Origin: Alphaproteobacteria bacterium
GTDB lineage: Bacteria > Pseudomonadota > Alphaproteobacteria > Rs-D84
DNA: 64,000 nt
Direction: 5' to 3'
NCBI GenBank assembly: GCA_046881825.1
Contig: JBKSMS010000009.1
Coordinates: 5,307-69,306 of the forward strand
In this document: positions 18,472 through 27,043 of the stretch, one piece after another
How positions within the stretch are numbered: the stretch's first letter is position 1
Layout: each line of letters opens with the position of its first letter
Notes under the pieces: generated by a model
The model's database searches: none
What the model was told of the DNA's origin: nothing
Seen by the model: the letters and a program-made list of their open reading frames with translations, nothing else
Translations under genes and position numbers: made by a program

Positions 18472-20215
18472 CATTATGTCAGGTGGAATAAAAAATCATA
18501 ATCGTGACAGATATGAACGCGTTCGTCGCTTAATGTGGATTAAATGCGAAGCATGTGGTCGTTTGGTGTTTTATAAAGATTATAAAAACAATCACTATGT
18601 TTGCCCGCGTTGTAATCGTGCATTTATAATGAATCCAAAGCAAAGATTTGATTTGCTGTTTGATGATGTGGATTGGCAAAAATTTGATTTTAATATCCCG
18701 GTGGACGACCCACTTGATTTTACTGACAGGGTTTCATACAAAGAAAGATTGGCTGAAGCGCGTGAAGATACTGGTGCCAAAGATGCTGTTTCAACTGCTG
18801 ACGGTAAAATAGGTGGTATTGACGCAACCGTATGTGTTATGAATGGTGATTTTATGATGGGGTCTATGGGACGCGCTGTTGGTGATGGTATAATTGCCAG
18901 TATTGAACATGCGGTTGAACTTAAAAATCCTTTCATTATGGTGACGTGCAGTGGCGGTGCGCGTATGCAAGAAAATATTCTGTCCTTAATGCAAATGGCA
19001 CGAACAACGGTTGCTGTAAATAAATTACATGAAAATAAATTGCCTTATATTGTGATTTTAACAGATCCAACTTTCGGTGGTGTGACGGCTTCGTTTGCTA
19101 TGTTGGGGGATATTCATATTGCGGAACGCGGGGCAAGAATAGGTTTCGCTGGGCGTCGTGTAATTGAACAAAATATACATGAAAAATTACCATCTAATTT
19201 TCAGACGGCTGATTATTTGTATGATCATGGAATGGTTGATATTGTTGCAGATCGTTCTGAATTAAAATCAAACTTGGAACGTATTTTATCTGTGCTGACC
19301 AAGCAACCGCGCGATGCCAAAGTGATAGATATAAAAACACCTAAATTCGATACACCAAAGAAATCGCGTGATACTGGTAAATCACCAGAATATGACAGGG
19401 TTTTGCTGGCGCGTAATGAAAACAGACCGCATTTATTGGATTATGTTGCGGGTATTGTTGATAATTGGACATACCTTGCGGGTGATAGATGTTTTGCCGA
19501 AGATGCGGCAATGTGTGGTGGTATTGGATATTGGTATGGTATCCCATCTGTGATTATTGGGCAAGAAAAAGGTCGAACCATAGAAACGCGTCAAAAACAT
19601 AGATTTGGTATGCCTAATCCCGAAGGATATAGAAAAGCGCAAAGATTGATGAAATTGGCTGAAAAATTTAATTTGCCCATTATATCTTTGTTTGATACTG
19701 CGGGTGCGTTTGCGGGTGGTGCCGCTGAAGAACGCGGACAGTCCCAGGCGGTTGCGGCGACCATTGCAACGGGATTAAGCGTAAAAACGCCTTATGTTGC
19801 TGTGAATGTTGGCGAAGGTGGTTCTGGGGGCGCAATTGCAATCGGCACAGGCGACAAGGTGTTTATGCTGGAAAATGCTATTTATTCTGTGATTGCACCT
19901 GAATCTTGTGCAAGTATTTTGTGGAAAGATAATAAATTCAAGGCCCAGGCAGCAACTGTGCTTAAATTAACCGCACGTGATATGGCGTCCCTTAATGTAA
20001 TTGATAAAATTATTGATGAACCAGCGGGCGGGGCACACAAAGATTGGCAAACAACAATGGAAATGGTTGGTAAAACGGTGGCAGACGCAATCAAAGAATT
20101 GCAAGAAATTCCAATTGAAGAATTGGTGCCAAATCGTGTAAAGAAATTCTTATCTATGACGCGCGATGTTGAAATTTTCCAACCAGATCATGTCAGCGAA
20201 GAAAAACAGGTTTAA
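18464..20215 (+). CDS. accDA: Fused acetyl-CoA carboxylase carboxyltransferase beta-alpha
   Basis: N-half WIKCEAC...CPRC zinc finger, SGGARMQE, GGVTASF (AccD); C-half FGMPNPEGYRKAQRLM, GEGGSGGA, YSVIAPE (AccA). Confidence 0.93.
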   Translation: MDNIMSGGIKNHNRDRYERVRRLMWIKCEACGRLVFYKDYKNNHYVCPRCNRAFIMNPKQRFDLLFDDVDWQKFDFNIPVDDPLDFTDRVSYKERLAEAREDTGAKDAVSTADGKIGGIDATVCVMNGDFMMGSMGRAVGDGIIASIEHAVELKNPFIMVTCSGGARMQENILSLMQMARTTVAVNKLHENKLPYIVILTDPTFGGVTASFAMLGDIHIAERGARIGFAGRRVIEQNIHEKLPSNFQTADYLYDHGMVDIVADRSELKSNLERILSVLTKQPRDAKVIDIKTPKFDTPKKSRDTGKSPEYDRVLLARNENRPHLLDYVAGIVDNWTYLAGDRCFAEDAAMCGGIGYWYGIPSVIIGQEKGRTIETRQKHRFGMPNPEGYRKAQRLMKLAEKFNLPIISLFDTAGAFAGGAAEERGQSQAVAATIATGLSVKTPYVAVNVGEGGSGGAIAIGTGDKVFMLENAIYSVIAPESCASILWKDNKFKAQAATVLKLTARDMASLNVIDKIIDEPAGGAHKDWQTTMEMVGKTVADAIKELQEIPIEELVPNRVKKFLSMTRDVEIFQPDHVSEEKQV

Positions 20216-20276
20216 ATAAAAAATATAAATTCTCGCTTGCAATTAACTGAGTGTTTATATATAATAACCCCAGTTC

Positions 20277-20365
20277 GGAGCGTTGGCAGAGTGGTAATGC
20301 AGCGGATTGCTAATCCGTGACCGTGTTTTAGCGGTCCATAGGTTCGAGTCCTATACGCTCCGCCA
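20277..20365 (+). tRNA. tRNA-Ser(GCT)
   Basis: GGAGCGTTGG...GCGGA-TT-GCT-AA-TCCGT, long variable arm, GGTTCGAGTCC, CGCTCCGCCA. Confidence 0.96.
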
Positions 20366-20439
20366 CTTATTTAACCGTCATTTGACGGTTTCTGTTTTTT
20401 AATAAGAAGAGATTCTTGTGTTTTTCTGATGTTTTAGGC

Positions 20440-20468
20440 TTGACAAAGCGCTGTTTTTTCGTTATATT
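20440..20468 (+). promoter_or_regulatory. Sigma70-type promoter
   Basis: TTGACA-17 bp-TATATT. Confidence 0.75.
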
Positions 20469-20477
20469 AGCATTAAC

Positions 20478-20589
20478 TTGGTTCCCTAAACACGGGGCGG
20501 ACTGCTAAGGTATTTTAGCAAGTCGGGGCATAGGTTGAACCTTTGTCCGAATGTACGTCGCAAAATTTAATTTATTGTCGACGGGCCAA
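20478..20589 (+). ncRNA. Candidate structured RNA / cis-regulatory leader
   Basis: Relatively GC-rich stretch with a closing stem TTGGTT/GGCCAA enclosing 3-4 hairpins, starting just after the promoter. Confidence 0.5.
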
Positions 20590-20691
20590 ATCTCAAAGAA
20601 AAACTAAATGTTTGGTGTGGGTTTGTACGGATTTTTGACGTATTTATCTATCATTAAATCTATTATGCTGCAACAACCAAAGGAGAACCAA

Positions 20692-21510
20692 ATGAAGTAT
20701 ATAAGAATTTTTGATTATTTACCAAGGGATACAAAAACTGTTTTTGCAACAGTTGTGTTAAGCACTTTGACTTTTCAAATCAAACAAAATGATTCAAAAG
20801 TGCCAAAGGCTTCTTTCCCAAAGCCAAATGTTTCTGCTTTTAATATGTTGACGGCGGAAAATTTGATGCACAACACATATGTTATTAAAAACTTTCAAAG
20901 TGAAGTGGATAAAACAAACAATGCCAAAAATATTGGCACAGATTCTCTTAATAATATTGTGCCGATTAAATCTGTTGAAAGCGACAGTGTCAAACCAGCA
21001 ACTAATATCGAAAAAGATGTTTCTAATGCTGGTTCCGAAGTAAAAATCTTAGCAAGTGGGAAAAAAGTAAAATATATTTACAACGATGGCACAATCGAAA
21101 TCCGCGAAGGTGGCACATTAGCTTGGCGCAATAAAAATCCTGGTGCTTTAAGAAGCAGCGATAAGTCTGTTGGCAAAGCTAATAGATTTGCTGTATTTGC
21201 ATCCGAAGAAGAAGGTATGGAGGCAATGAAGGCTTTGTTACGTGGCGAAAAATTTTGTAATTTATCATTAATGGCAGCAGTTGCTAAATATGCACCGCCA
21301 CATGAAAACAACACAAAAAAGTATCAGGCTGATTTGAAAAGACTCACAGGTCTTGATTTGAACTTGAAATTGCGTGATTTAACCGAAGAAGAACTGGACC
21401 GTGTGGCGCAAACAATCAAAAAAATAGAAGGTTGGGTTCCAGGTAAATTAACCCGCATCGAAGCGCAAAAGCAAATTGTTGATACATTGGCACGACAAAA
21501 TGTGCGTTAA
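20692..21510 (+). CDS. Putative lysozyme-like/peptidoglycan hydrolase (RNxNPG family)
   Basis: SD AAGGAG; AWRNKNPGALR...FAVFASEEEG...KYAPPHENNTKKY...IKKIEGW; ends RQNVR. Confidence 0.65.
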   Translation: MKYIRIFDYLPRDTKTVFATVVLSTLTFQIKQNDSKVPKASFPKPNVSAFNMLTAENLMHNTYVIKNFQSEVDKTNNAKNIGTDSLNNIVPIKSVESDSVKPATNIEKDVSNAGSEVKILASGKKVKYIYNDGTIEIREGGTLAWRNKNPGALRSSDKSVGKANRFAVFASEEEGMEAMKALLRGEKFCNLSLMAAVAKYAPPHENNTKKYQADLKRLTGLDLNLKLRDLTEEELDRVAQTIKKIEGWVPGKLTRIEAQKQIVDTLARQNVR

Positions 21511-21514
21511 GAAC

Positions 21515-21539
21515 AAAACCGGCATCCGCCGGTTTTTTT
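21515..21539 (+). terminator. Intrinsic terminator
   Basis: AAAACCGGC-ATCC-GCCGGTTTTTTT. Confidence 0.85.
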
Positions 21540-21702
21540 ATTATTGATTTATAAATTATAATTTGTCATAATATAAACCATGACAGTATTATTCATTAAT
21601 TTTTACTGTTGTTGTTAAAAATGTTTGTTTGCAAACATATTGTTTGCATTATTTTCTGTAATTTATTATCATCATCCATTATAAAACCAAAGGAAAGTTG
21701 TT

Positions 21703-23127
21703 ATGCAAATCAGATTATATAATACAATGTCGCGTAAAGTCGAAGATTTTAAGCCAATTACACCAAATCATGTTGGTTTTTATTCGTGCGGACCGACTGT
21801 TTATCATTATGCACATTTGGGAAACCTTAAAACAATGGTTCATAATGATATTTTGAAACGCATGTTTTTGGCAAATGGATTTAATGTTCGTCATGTTATG
21901 AATATAACAGATGTTGGGCATTTAACAAACGAAGATGATGATTCTGGCGAAGACAAAATGGAAAAGGGCGCAGCGCGTGATAATAAATCTGTGTGGGATA
22001 TTGCTCAATATTATTTGGATGAATTTTTGCGTGATATGGATGCTTTGAACAATATGCGTCCAACAGATATGCCGCGTGCAACAGAATATATCAACGAACA
22101 AATTGAATTGATTCAAAAACTAGAAGAATTGGGTTATACATACGAAATACCAGGTGACGGTATTTATTATGATACATCTAAATTTGCAGATTATGGCGCA
22201 TTAACAGGTGGTTCTTTGTCTGGTCAGCGGGCGGGTGCGCGCGTTGAATACAATGATGCAAAAAGAAATCCAACAGATTTTGCGCTTTGGAAATATTCAC
22301 CAAAAGATGTGAAACGGCAAATGGAATGGGATTCACCATGGGGTATTGGCTTTCCGAGCTGGCACACAGAATGCTGTGTAATGAGCATGAAATTATTGGG
22401 AAATCATTTTGATATTCATACCGGGGGTGAAGATTTGTCGCGCGTTCATCACACAAACGAAATCGCACAAAGCGAACCAATTGTTGGAAAACCTTGGGTG
22501 CATTATTGGGTGCACTTTGGTTTTTTGTTAGATAAAAGCGGTGAAAAAATGGCTAAATCCAAGGGTGAATTTTTGGGGATGAACGCACTTCGTGAACGCA
22601 ACATAGCCCCAATAATTTATCGTTATTGGGTGTTGTTGGGACATTTTCAATCTCAAATGGCGTTTTCGTTTGATGCATTAAATGCCGCAGAATCCGGTTA
22701 TAAAAATTTGGTTCGTAAAATTGCTGATTTAATGAATAACAAAGACGGCAGTGTGGACAAAGAAGTTTATCAACAATGGCACGATAAAATCTTGGCACCA
22801 GTTTCTGACAACCTTAAAACAGCAGAAGGTTTGGTTGTTTTCCAAGATTTGTTAAAAGACAAAACAGTCAATAATGCGACTAAATTGGCTTTGGTTGAAT
22901 TTGTTGATGATTTATTGGGGTTGCAATTCATGGCCCATGCGCAAAAATTACATGATTTAGAATCTGTTGCGGCACCAACGGAAATCCAAGAAATGGCACA
23001 AAAACGCGTTGAAGCCAAGAAATCCCGTGATTTTGCGACCGCGGATGCTTTGCGTAATCAAATTGATGCAGCCGGCTGGACAGTTATGGATACCCAGGAT
23101 GGGTTTAAATTAGTAAAAAAACAGTAA
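21703..23127 (+). CDS. cysS: Cysteine--tRNA ligase
   Basis: CGPTVY, HLGN, NITDVGH, WHTEC, DIHTGG, HHTNEIAQ, KMAKS. Confidence 0.97.
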   Translation: MQIRLYNTMSRKVEDFKPITPNHVGFYSCGPTVYHYAHLGNLKTMVHNDILKRMFLANGFNVRHVMNITDVGHLTNEDDDSGEDKMEKGAARDNKSVWDIAQYYLDEFLRDMDALNNMRPTDMPRATEYINEQIELIQKLEELGYTYEIPGDGIYYDTSKFADYGALTGGSLSGQRAGARVEYNDAKRNPTDFALWKYSPKDVKRQMEWDSPWGIGFPSWHTECCVMSMKLLGNHFDIHTGGEDLSRVHHTNEIAQSEPIVGKPWVHYWVHFGFLLDKSGEKMAKSKGEFLGMNALRERNIAPIIYRYWVLLGHFQSQMAFSFDALNAAESGYKNLVRKIADLMNNKDGSVDKEVYQQWHDKILAPVSDNLKTAEGLVVFQDLLKDKTVNNATKLALVEFVDDLLGLQFMAHAQKLHDLESVAAPTEIQEMAQKRVEAKKSRDFATADALRNQIDAAGWTVMDTQDGFKLVKKQ

Positions 23128-23130
23128 AGA

Positions 23131-23156
23131 AAAAGGCATCGAAATCGATGCCTTTT
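23131..23156. terminator. Bidirectional intrinsic terminator
   Basis: AAAAGGCATCGA-AA-TCGATGCCTTTT. Confidence 0.85.
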
Positions 23157-23159
23157 GTA

Positions 23160-23546
23160 TTACTTTTGTATTTGTTTAAATAATTCTAGATATACCATAC
23201 TTTTCTTTTGCTCAATTTTTGCGCGTTCTTCTTCAGCTTTTTTTTGTTCTTGTTCGGTATACAAACGGCAAACATCAAAAAATATTTCTTGCTTTACAGG
23301 TAGTTCAAGATCTTTTATTTCTTGACCTTTAACAAATATTTTGTGTACAACAGTGTTTCCTTCGTTAGTCATTCTACCCAAAGAACTCGCACCATGGGCG
23401 CTAAGAATTACTTCTGTTGAGTTTGTGTCTTTAATGTCATATTCAATCCAATCCCCATTACAATCGAGCCTTTTTAATGGTCTTGAGTGATATATTTTTC
23501 TTTCAACCACAAATGTTCTGCCTGCTAAAATTTCTTTTAATGACAT
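23160..23546 (-). CDS. Hypothetical protein
   Basis: ATG with AAGGA SD; 128 aa; charged helical C-terminus ending FKQIQK. Confidence 0.65.
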   Translation of the reverse strand: MSLKEILAGRTFVVERKIYHSRPLKRLDCNGDWIEYDIKDTNSTEVILSAHGASSLGRMTNEGNTVVHKIFVKGQEIKDLELPVKQEIFFDVCRLYTEQEQKKAEEERAKIEQKKSMVYLELFKQIQK

Positions 23547-23732
23547 TTTTTATCCTTTTTGTTGTTGGTTTTTGTTATCTTTATGTCGTCATATATAATA
23601 CAAAAATATTAATCGTCAAGTGTTTTGTTCGAAAAAATATTGATAATCTCGTTTGTAAAAAATATTAAAAAAACTGCTTGAATATAGTGTATTTTGTGAT
23701 ATATTATAGCGGTCTTAACAAAGGGAAAATCC

Positions 23733-24263
23733 ATGAATTATCCGTATATGCCTAAATCTACCGCACTTTGGTTGATTGAAAATACTGCACTTACATTCGA
23801 ACAAATTGGTGAATTCTGCGGCTTGCACGAATTAGAAGTTAAAAATATCGCTGATGCTGAATCTAATAAAATGCAGGGTTTGAACCCAATTATCAGTGGC
23901 CAGGTTACTCGCGAAGATATTGAAAAATGCGAAGCAGACCCAAACGCACGGTTGACTTTGCGCGAAGCTATTATAGAAGCTCAGAAAAAACAAAACAAAA
24001 AAGGTGTTGGATACACACCAAAATTACACCGCCAAAATCGTTTGGGCGGAATTTTGTGGATTTTAAAGAACTATCCTGAATTGACAGACGGTCAAATTGC
24101 ACGCTTGATGCGCAGTACCAATCCAACTGTGAAATCCATACGTGAAAAAACGCACAAATCGTATTCAATGATCCAAATTCAAAGTCCTATTGTTTTGGGC
24201 TTGGTTTCTGAATCTGCTGTGCGTGATGCTTTGGCAAAGGCACAACGTAAATCGGGCAAATAA
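23733..24263 (+). CDS. trcR: DUF1013 family transcription factor (TrcR)
   Basis: MPKSTALWLIENTALTFEQIGEFCGLHELEV, YTP...RQNR, PELTDGQI. Confidence 0.85.
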   Translation: MNYPYMPKSTALWLIENTALTFEQIGEFCGLHELEVKNIADAESNKMQGLNPIISGQVTREDIEKCEADPNARLTLREAIIEAQKKQNKKGVGYTPKLHRQNRLGGILWILKNYPELTDGQIARLMRSTNPTVKSIREKTHKSYSMIQIQSPIVLGLVSESAVRDALAKAQRKSGK

Positions 24264-24300
24264 TAAATCACAGTTTTAACCCCATATCAAAGGTTTGTTC

Positions 24301-26382
24301 ATGTCTAAAAAAATAGATGAAGCAACAAGATTATTGATAGATTCTTTACCAGAAAGTTTAAAAGAATTGGCTCTGTCGGCAAGTGAAATCGGCTATCTTT
24401 CTCAAATGGATTTAGATAACGCTTTTCAATCAGACGAAGTTCCTGATGAAGAACAGGATGAAGTTGTAGATTTCTTTAAACAAGATTTGGGATTGGAAGT
24501 TATTGAAACAGACAGCGACAGATTTACGCGCGATATGGAAAAGTATTACGAAGAAGATGAAGACAGTTATTCTCGTGATAAAACCCGTGATTTATTAAAT
24601 GCTGACGCAGAGCAGGTTGATGTTAATGATGATGATTATGAACATTATGCAAAACAGCTGGAACGCAGCAATACGGGTAATTTAGTTCTTGGAATACAAG
24701 ATTCTATACAATCTTATTTGAAACAAATTGGGACAGTTCAGTTGTTGACAGCTGCTGGGGAAATAGCTATTGCACAACGCATTGAAGCAGCGTCTCGTTT
24801 GATGGTGTATGGTCTTTGCGAAAGCCCGATGACTATTCAAGCTATGCTTGATTGGTATCAACAGTTGCTAAATGGCGATATTCGTCTTCGTCACATTGTA
24901 AATCTGGAAGTTATGTATTCCAGTGAATCTGAACAAAAATCATTGGCTGCATTAACGGACACTTTGAAATCAAAAGGAATTGACCAGGTTGATGATTTGG
25001 ATGATGATGATTTGGATGCTTTGGAAGAATCTGTGTCTGATGATGAAGAAGATGAAGATGAAGATATGGATGAAGACAAGAAAGAAGACAATCAACGCGG
25101 TTCTTCTGGTGTGCCAATCCCTGTAATGGAAGATGCTTTGTTGCCTATGATTACTGAATTATTCAGCAAGATTAAACGTGTCTTTTCAAGCATGCAAAAA
25201 TTACAAGAAAAACGTTTGGCTAATTTGCTGGTTTCGTCTAAACCTGATGAAGTTCTGGAAAAGAAATACAATAAATTGCGTCTAGAATTGTTTGAATATG
25301 TTGGCAAAATCCGCCTTAACGATGACAGAATTGCTGAAATTATGGAAAAATTGACTAAACGCGACCAATTGTTGATGGGACTAGAAGGTAAAATGTTGCG
25401 TCTTGCGTTGTCTTGCAAGGTTAAACGCGAAGATTTCTTGGCAGAATATACTGGCAACGAACTGAATCGCAATTGGGTTAAAAAATTGGCTAAAAACAAA
25501 AATGCAGCATGGCAAAATTTTGCTGTTAAACACCAGGCGGATGTCCTTAAAATCCAAGAAGATATCACGGCCATAGCCAAAGAAACAGGTCAACCAACAG
25601 CTGAATACAAAAAGGTTGTTGAATTGGTGCGTCGCGGACAAAGTGAAGCTGCACGCGCAAAACGCGAAATGATAGAAGCTAACTTGCGTCTTGTTATTAA
25701 ATTTGCGAAAAAATCTAGCAATCGTGGTTTAGGTTTAGATTTTTCTGATCTGGTTCAAGACGGAAATATTGGATTAATGAAGGCTGTTGATAAATTCGAT
25801 TATCGTTTAGGAAACAAATTTTCTACATATGCTACAAACTGGATTCAACAGGGCATTTCGCGCAGTATTGCTGATCAGGCAAGAACAATTCGTATTCCTG
25901 TTCACATGATTGATAACATACATAAGATTCAACGTGCTTCGCGTCAATTTATGCATAAATACGGCCGTCAACCAACTGCCGAAGAATTGTCAAAGATTAT
26001 ATATTTACCAGTCGAAAAAATACACAAGGCTTTGAAAGTGAATCTGAAACCGATGTCTTTGGATGCGCCTGTTGGAACAGAAGATGACAGTTCACGCAGT
26101 GAAATTATCGCTGATGAAACAGCTAAAAATCCATTTACTTCGGCTGCCCAAAAGAATTTGCGTAAAATTGTTACTCAAATTTTGTCTGAATTAGACCCCA
26201 AGGAAGAAACTGTTTTACGTCAACGTTTTGGTATGTCAACGAACAAAACCAGCACTTTGGAAGAGGTTGGTGAATATATCGGTGTGACGCGTGAACGTAT
26301 TCGTCAGATAGAACAAAAGGCGCTTAATAAATTAAAGCACCCAACACGCGCCCGTAAATTGCGCAGCTTCTTGGAAGATTAA
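24301..26382 (+). CDS. rpoD: RNA polymerase primary sigma factor RpoD
   Basis: Regions 1.1/1.2, long acidic NCR, ANLRLV, GNIGLMKAVDKF, QARTIRIPVHM, TLEEVG...TRERIRQIE. Confidence 0.96.
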   Translation: MSKKIDEATRLLIDSLPESLKELALSASEIGYLSQMDLDNAFQSDEVPDEEQDEVVDFFKQDLGLEVIETDSDRFTRDMEKYYEEDEDSYSRDKTRDLLNADAEQVDVNDDDYEHYAKQLERSNTGNLVLGIQDSIQSYLKQIGTVQLLTAAGEIAIAQRIEAASRLMVYGLCESPMTIQAMLDWYQQLLNGDIRLRHIVNLEVMYSSESEQKSLAALTDTLKSKGIDQVDDLDDDDLDALEESVSDDEEDEDEDMDEDKKEDNQRGSSGVPIPVMEDALLPMITELFSKIKRVFSSMQKLQEKRLANLLVSSKPDEVLEKKYNKLRLELFEYVGKIRLNDDRIAEIMEKLTKRDQLLMGLEGKMLRLALSCKVKREDFLAEYTGNELNRNWVKKLAKNKNAAWQNFAVKHQADVLKIQEDITAIAKETGQPTAEYKKVVELVRRGQSEAARAKREMIEANLRLVIKFAKKSSNRGLGLDFSDLVQDGNIGLMKAVDKFDYRLGNKFSTYATNWIQQGISRSIADQARTIRIPVHMIDNIHKIQRASRQFMHKYGRQPTAEELSKIIYLPVEKIHKALKVNLKPMSLDAPVGTEDDSSRSEIIADETAKNPFTSAAQKNLRKIVTQILSELDPKEETVLRQRFGMSTNKTSTLEEVGEYIGVTRERIRQIEQKALNKLKHPTRARKLRSFLED

Positions 26383-26383
26383 G

Positions 26384-27007
26384 ATGAAAAAACTAGTTGT
26401 TTTTTGTACGGGACAATCTGGTTCTGGCAAAAGTACTTTTATCAAAAAATTTTTATCAACAAAAGATTTTTATAATCTTAAATCTGCTACAACGCGCCTA
26501 ATGCGCGAAGGTGAAACGGATGGACGCGAATACTATTTCCGCGATGAAGATTATTTCAAAACTGAAAAATTCGCAACCTTGTTGTGGGTAAACGAAAAAT
26601 CTTGGCAGCCCGGTCAACCAAAATGGCTTTATGGTGTCCCTGAATTTGAAGTATTTTATAATTTGGGACTTAATTTTACTTATGATGTCATAGAACCAAA
26701 ATATGTTCGACAAATGATAGATTGGTTTAAAAAGAAAAAATTGACTCAGTATTATGACTTTAAAATTTTATGGTTTCAACCTGTCGCAAATATCGAAAAC
26801 ATTGTTGAAGCGCGTCAAAACATGCCGGACGACAAAAAAGTGCGTAAAGAAAACACTTGTAATATACAAGATTTTCAAAATGTGCATTTGAAACCAGATT
26901 TTGTTATCAAACGCATTCCCCCAGAAGGTTATTTAATACATCCATACGAAAAAACAAAAGAAAAGTATGCTGTGGCGACATTAATGCGCAGAATGAATGT
27001 TCGCTAG
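26384..27007 (+). CDS. Guanylate-kinase-like P-loop protein
   Basis: GQSGSGKST, ATTRLMREGETDGREYYF; divergent C-half; ends RRMNVR. Confidence 0.7.
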   Translation: MKKLVVFCTGQSGSGKSTFIKKFLSTKDFYNLKSATTRLMREGETDGREYYFRDEDYFKTEKFATLLWVNEKSWQPGQPKWLYGVPEFEVFYNLGLNFTYDVIEPKYVRQMIDWFKKKKLTQYYDFKILWFQPVANIENIVEARQNMPDDKKVRKENTCNIQDFQNVHLKPDFVIKRIPPEGYLIHPYEKTKEKYAVATLMRRMNVR

Positions 27008-27015
27008 GCACGATT

Positions 27016-27043
27016 AAAAAAACGCCCCAGCGGGCGTTTTTTT
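27016..27043. terminator. Bidirectional intrinsic terminator
   Basis: AAAAAAACGCCC-CAGC-GGGCGTTTTTTT. Confidence 0.85.

Noticed and set aside
20478-20589. Calling this a canonical c-di-AMP riboswitch, 6S, SRP or tmRNA
   Set aside because: It lacks the ydaO 5' AGCGGGGGA and 3' AGCUAAC elements, the SRP GGAA loop motif, the 6S rod shape and tmRNA ends; kept only as an unknown structured RNA.
21564-21585. TGTCAT-N10-ATGACA palindrome as a dif site
   Set aside because: The right arm does not match the XerD arm TTATGTTAAAT; at best an unassigned operator.
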